A DNA stretch of 64,000 nucleotides from Cyanobacteria bacterium J007 (GTDB taxonomy: Bacteria > Cyanobacteriota > Cyanobacteriia > Cyanobacteriales > Laspinemataceae), in the NCBI GenBank assembly GCA_003695985.1, contig RFFV01000139.1, positions 8,669 through 72,668 of the forward strand, given 5' to 3'. This document shows, piece after piece, positions 63,115 to 64,000 of this stretch. The position numbers were made by a program, and so were the translations under genes. Below the pieces are notes generated by a model. That model made no database searches and had not been told where the DNA came from. It was given only the letters and a program-made list of their open reading frames with translations. Within the stretch, counting starts at the first letter, position 1, and every line of letters begins with the position of its first letter.

Positions 63115-63248
63115 CTCCGTGGGCTGCTCGCCTCCAAAAGCGGCGCCGTCCCTCGCGATCGCGGACGCGAAATGGTATAAAAAGGGCAGTTTCCGATCGT
63201 CTCGGCTTCCCGGACGAACCCTTATCGACGAGTCACCCCCTTTCATCC

Positions 63249-63923
63249 ATGCGTGCTTTCTGGTTTGACCCCTTCCTGTGGATCCATCTGGCGGGGATCG
63301 CCGCCCTGCCCCTATTCCTAGAACTGTGCTGGATAGGCTTTGCCCTCGGCGACCCGATCCTTCCCGTCTGGTTAGAATTCTCTCTCCCCGTCGCGATCGC
63401 CGTCCTCCCCGTTGTCTGGATGCAGTGGTCGCGACCGTTTTATATCTTCAGTATCTTAGTCGTCGCTCTCAAACCCATCCGCCTGACCGACGCCCAACGT
63501 CGCCTGCTGACCCTGTTCAAACGCGGTCAAAATCGCTTCTTAGCCCTCATCGTTCCCGTCGTCCCGATCGCCGCCGCCTGGTTCTTGTATCGCTCCGCCC
63601 CCGCCGCGAGCGGGATCGCCGACTGGCTGCCGTCCTGGCGCCTGCTGGGTCTGGCGATCGCCGCGATCTCCTTACTCGCCGCCCACCTCTTCATTCAAGT
63701 CCCCGTCAGCGTTCTCGGTGTCATGCTCGCCCAACAAAACGAGTTTGAGGATGTCGAACCGTTCCCCGTCGAACAAATTCCCCAAAACTTCAGCCTGTTC
63801 GGTCTCGACGTCGATCGCCTGTTGCCGGAACTGGTCGCGGCGATGCCCCCCTCATCCCCTGCCACTGCCGACGCCGAACCCTCCCCCGCCGACGAAGACC
63901 GTCCCGCCTCCGAGGGATCCTAG
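63249..63923 (+). CDS. Hypothetical membrane protein with a low-complexity acidic/Pro tail.
   Basis: Internal ATG at 63249 (MRAFWFDPFLWIHLAGIAALPLF...). The longer ORF from 62958 overlaps infB. Confidence 0.55.
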   Translation: MRAFWFDPFLWIHLAGIAALPLFLELCWIGFALGDPILPVWLEFSLPVAIAVLPVVWMQWSRPFYIFSILVVALKPIRLTDAQRRLLTLFKRGQNRFLALIVPVVPIAAAWFLYRSAPAASGIADWLPSWRLLGLAIAAISLLAAHLFIQVPVSVLGVMLAQQNEFEDVEPFPVEQIPQNFSLFGLDVDRLLPELVAAMPPSSPATADAEPSPADEDRPASEGS

Positions 63924-64000
63924 AGATTCAACCGTTCTAAAAACTGCAATTTGCGATATAAACGCGACATTTCCGCCAAATCGACTTCTAAAGATTCTGC
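63920..64000 (-). CDS. C-terminal fragment of an unidentified gene; it continues past the right window edge.
   Basis: The reverse-strand frame from 64000 reads …AESLEVDLAEMSRLYRKLQFLERLNL and ends at a TAG whose complement lies at 63920-63922. Confidence 0.3.
   Translation of the reverse strand, partial: AESLEVDLAEMSRLYRKLQFLERLNL

Overview
This 64-kb window looks like chromosomal DNA from a cyanobacterium. The octamer GCGATCGC (HIP1) recurs dozens of times across it, GC content is moderate to high, and the gene content fits a cyanobacterium, probably filamentous: an SLH-OprB porin, pentapeptide-repeat proteins, a PucC/BCD transporter and a Uma2 endonuclease. About 50 protein-coding genes are packed on both strands. 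I found no rRNA, tRNA, CRISPR array, prophage or IS element by eye.

Recognisable genes, in window order: partial ppk1; a roughly 2000-aa PAS/GAF hybrid histidine kinase with two REC domains and an HPt domain; a non-canonical Hsp70-like ATPase followed by a coiled-coil protein; an FSA/transaldolase; Uma2; a CheY-like response regulator; galU; an EamA transporter; a 957-aa TPS-domain (FhaB-like) exoprotein; YciI; a LigT-like 2H phosphoesterase; a MATE transporter; a dipeptide epimerase overlapping a DUF1611 gene; xfp (phosphoketolase) and ackA; a complete eukaryote-like major vault protein (MVP, 889 aa); a DUF2267 protein; a pseudaminic/legionaminic-acid-type cluster (cytidylyltransferase, PseG-PseH fusion, PseI/NeuB-like synthase); fabG; thioredoxin; prmA; serA; an SLH porin; two secreted pentapeptide-repeat proteins; PucC; an IMPase; ChaN; ggt; a YtxH/DUF948 membrane-protein cluster; and rimP-nusA-ylxR-infB.

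The finding I rate highest is the full-length MVP gene. It is strongly similar to metazoan MVP as I remember that sequence, yet it carries HIP1 sites, sits among ordinary cyanobacterial genes, and lies next to a nonulosonic-acid cluster. That points to an uncharacterised bacterial vault-like compartment. Other leads are the Hsp70-like/coiled-coil pair, an orphan TPS exoprotein with an acidic Cys/His-rich partner, a duplicated 627-aa membrane protein with a voltage-sensor-like segment, a ~110-bp structured repeat present twice in inverted orientation, heptamer tandem repeats (AGATTTT-type) in several 3' intergenic spacers, and a 1-kb non-coding region with a Shine-Dalgarno-led micro-ORF and an intrinsic terminator.

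Where the true start of a gene seemed to lie inside the longest ORF, I chose it by reading the protein and the local sequence.
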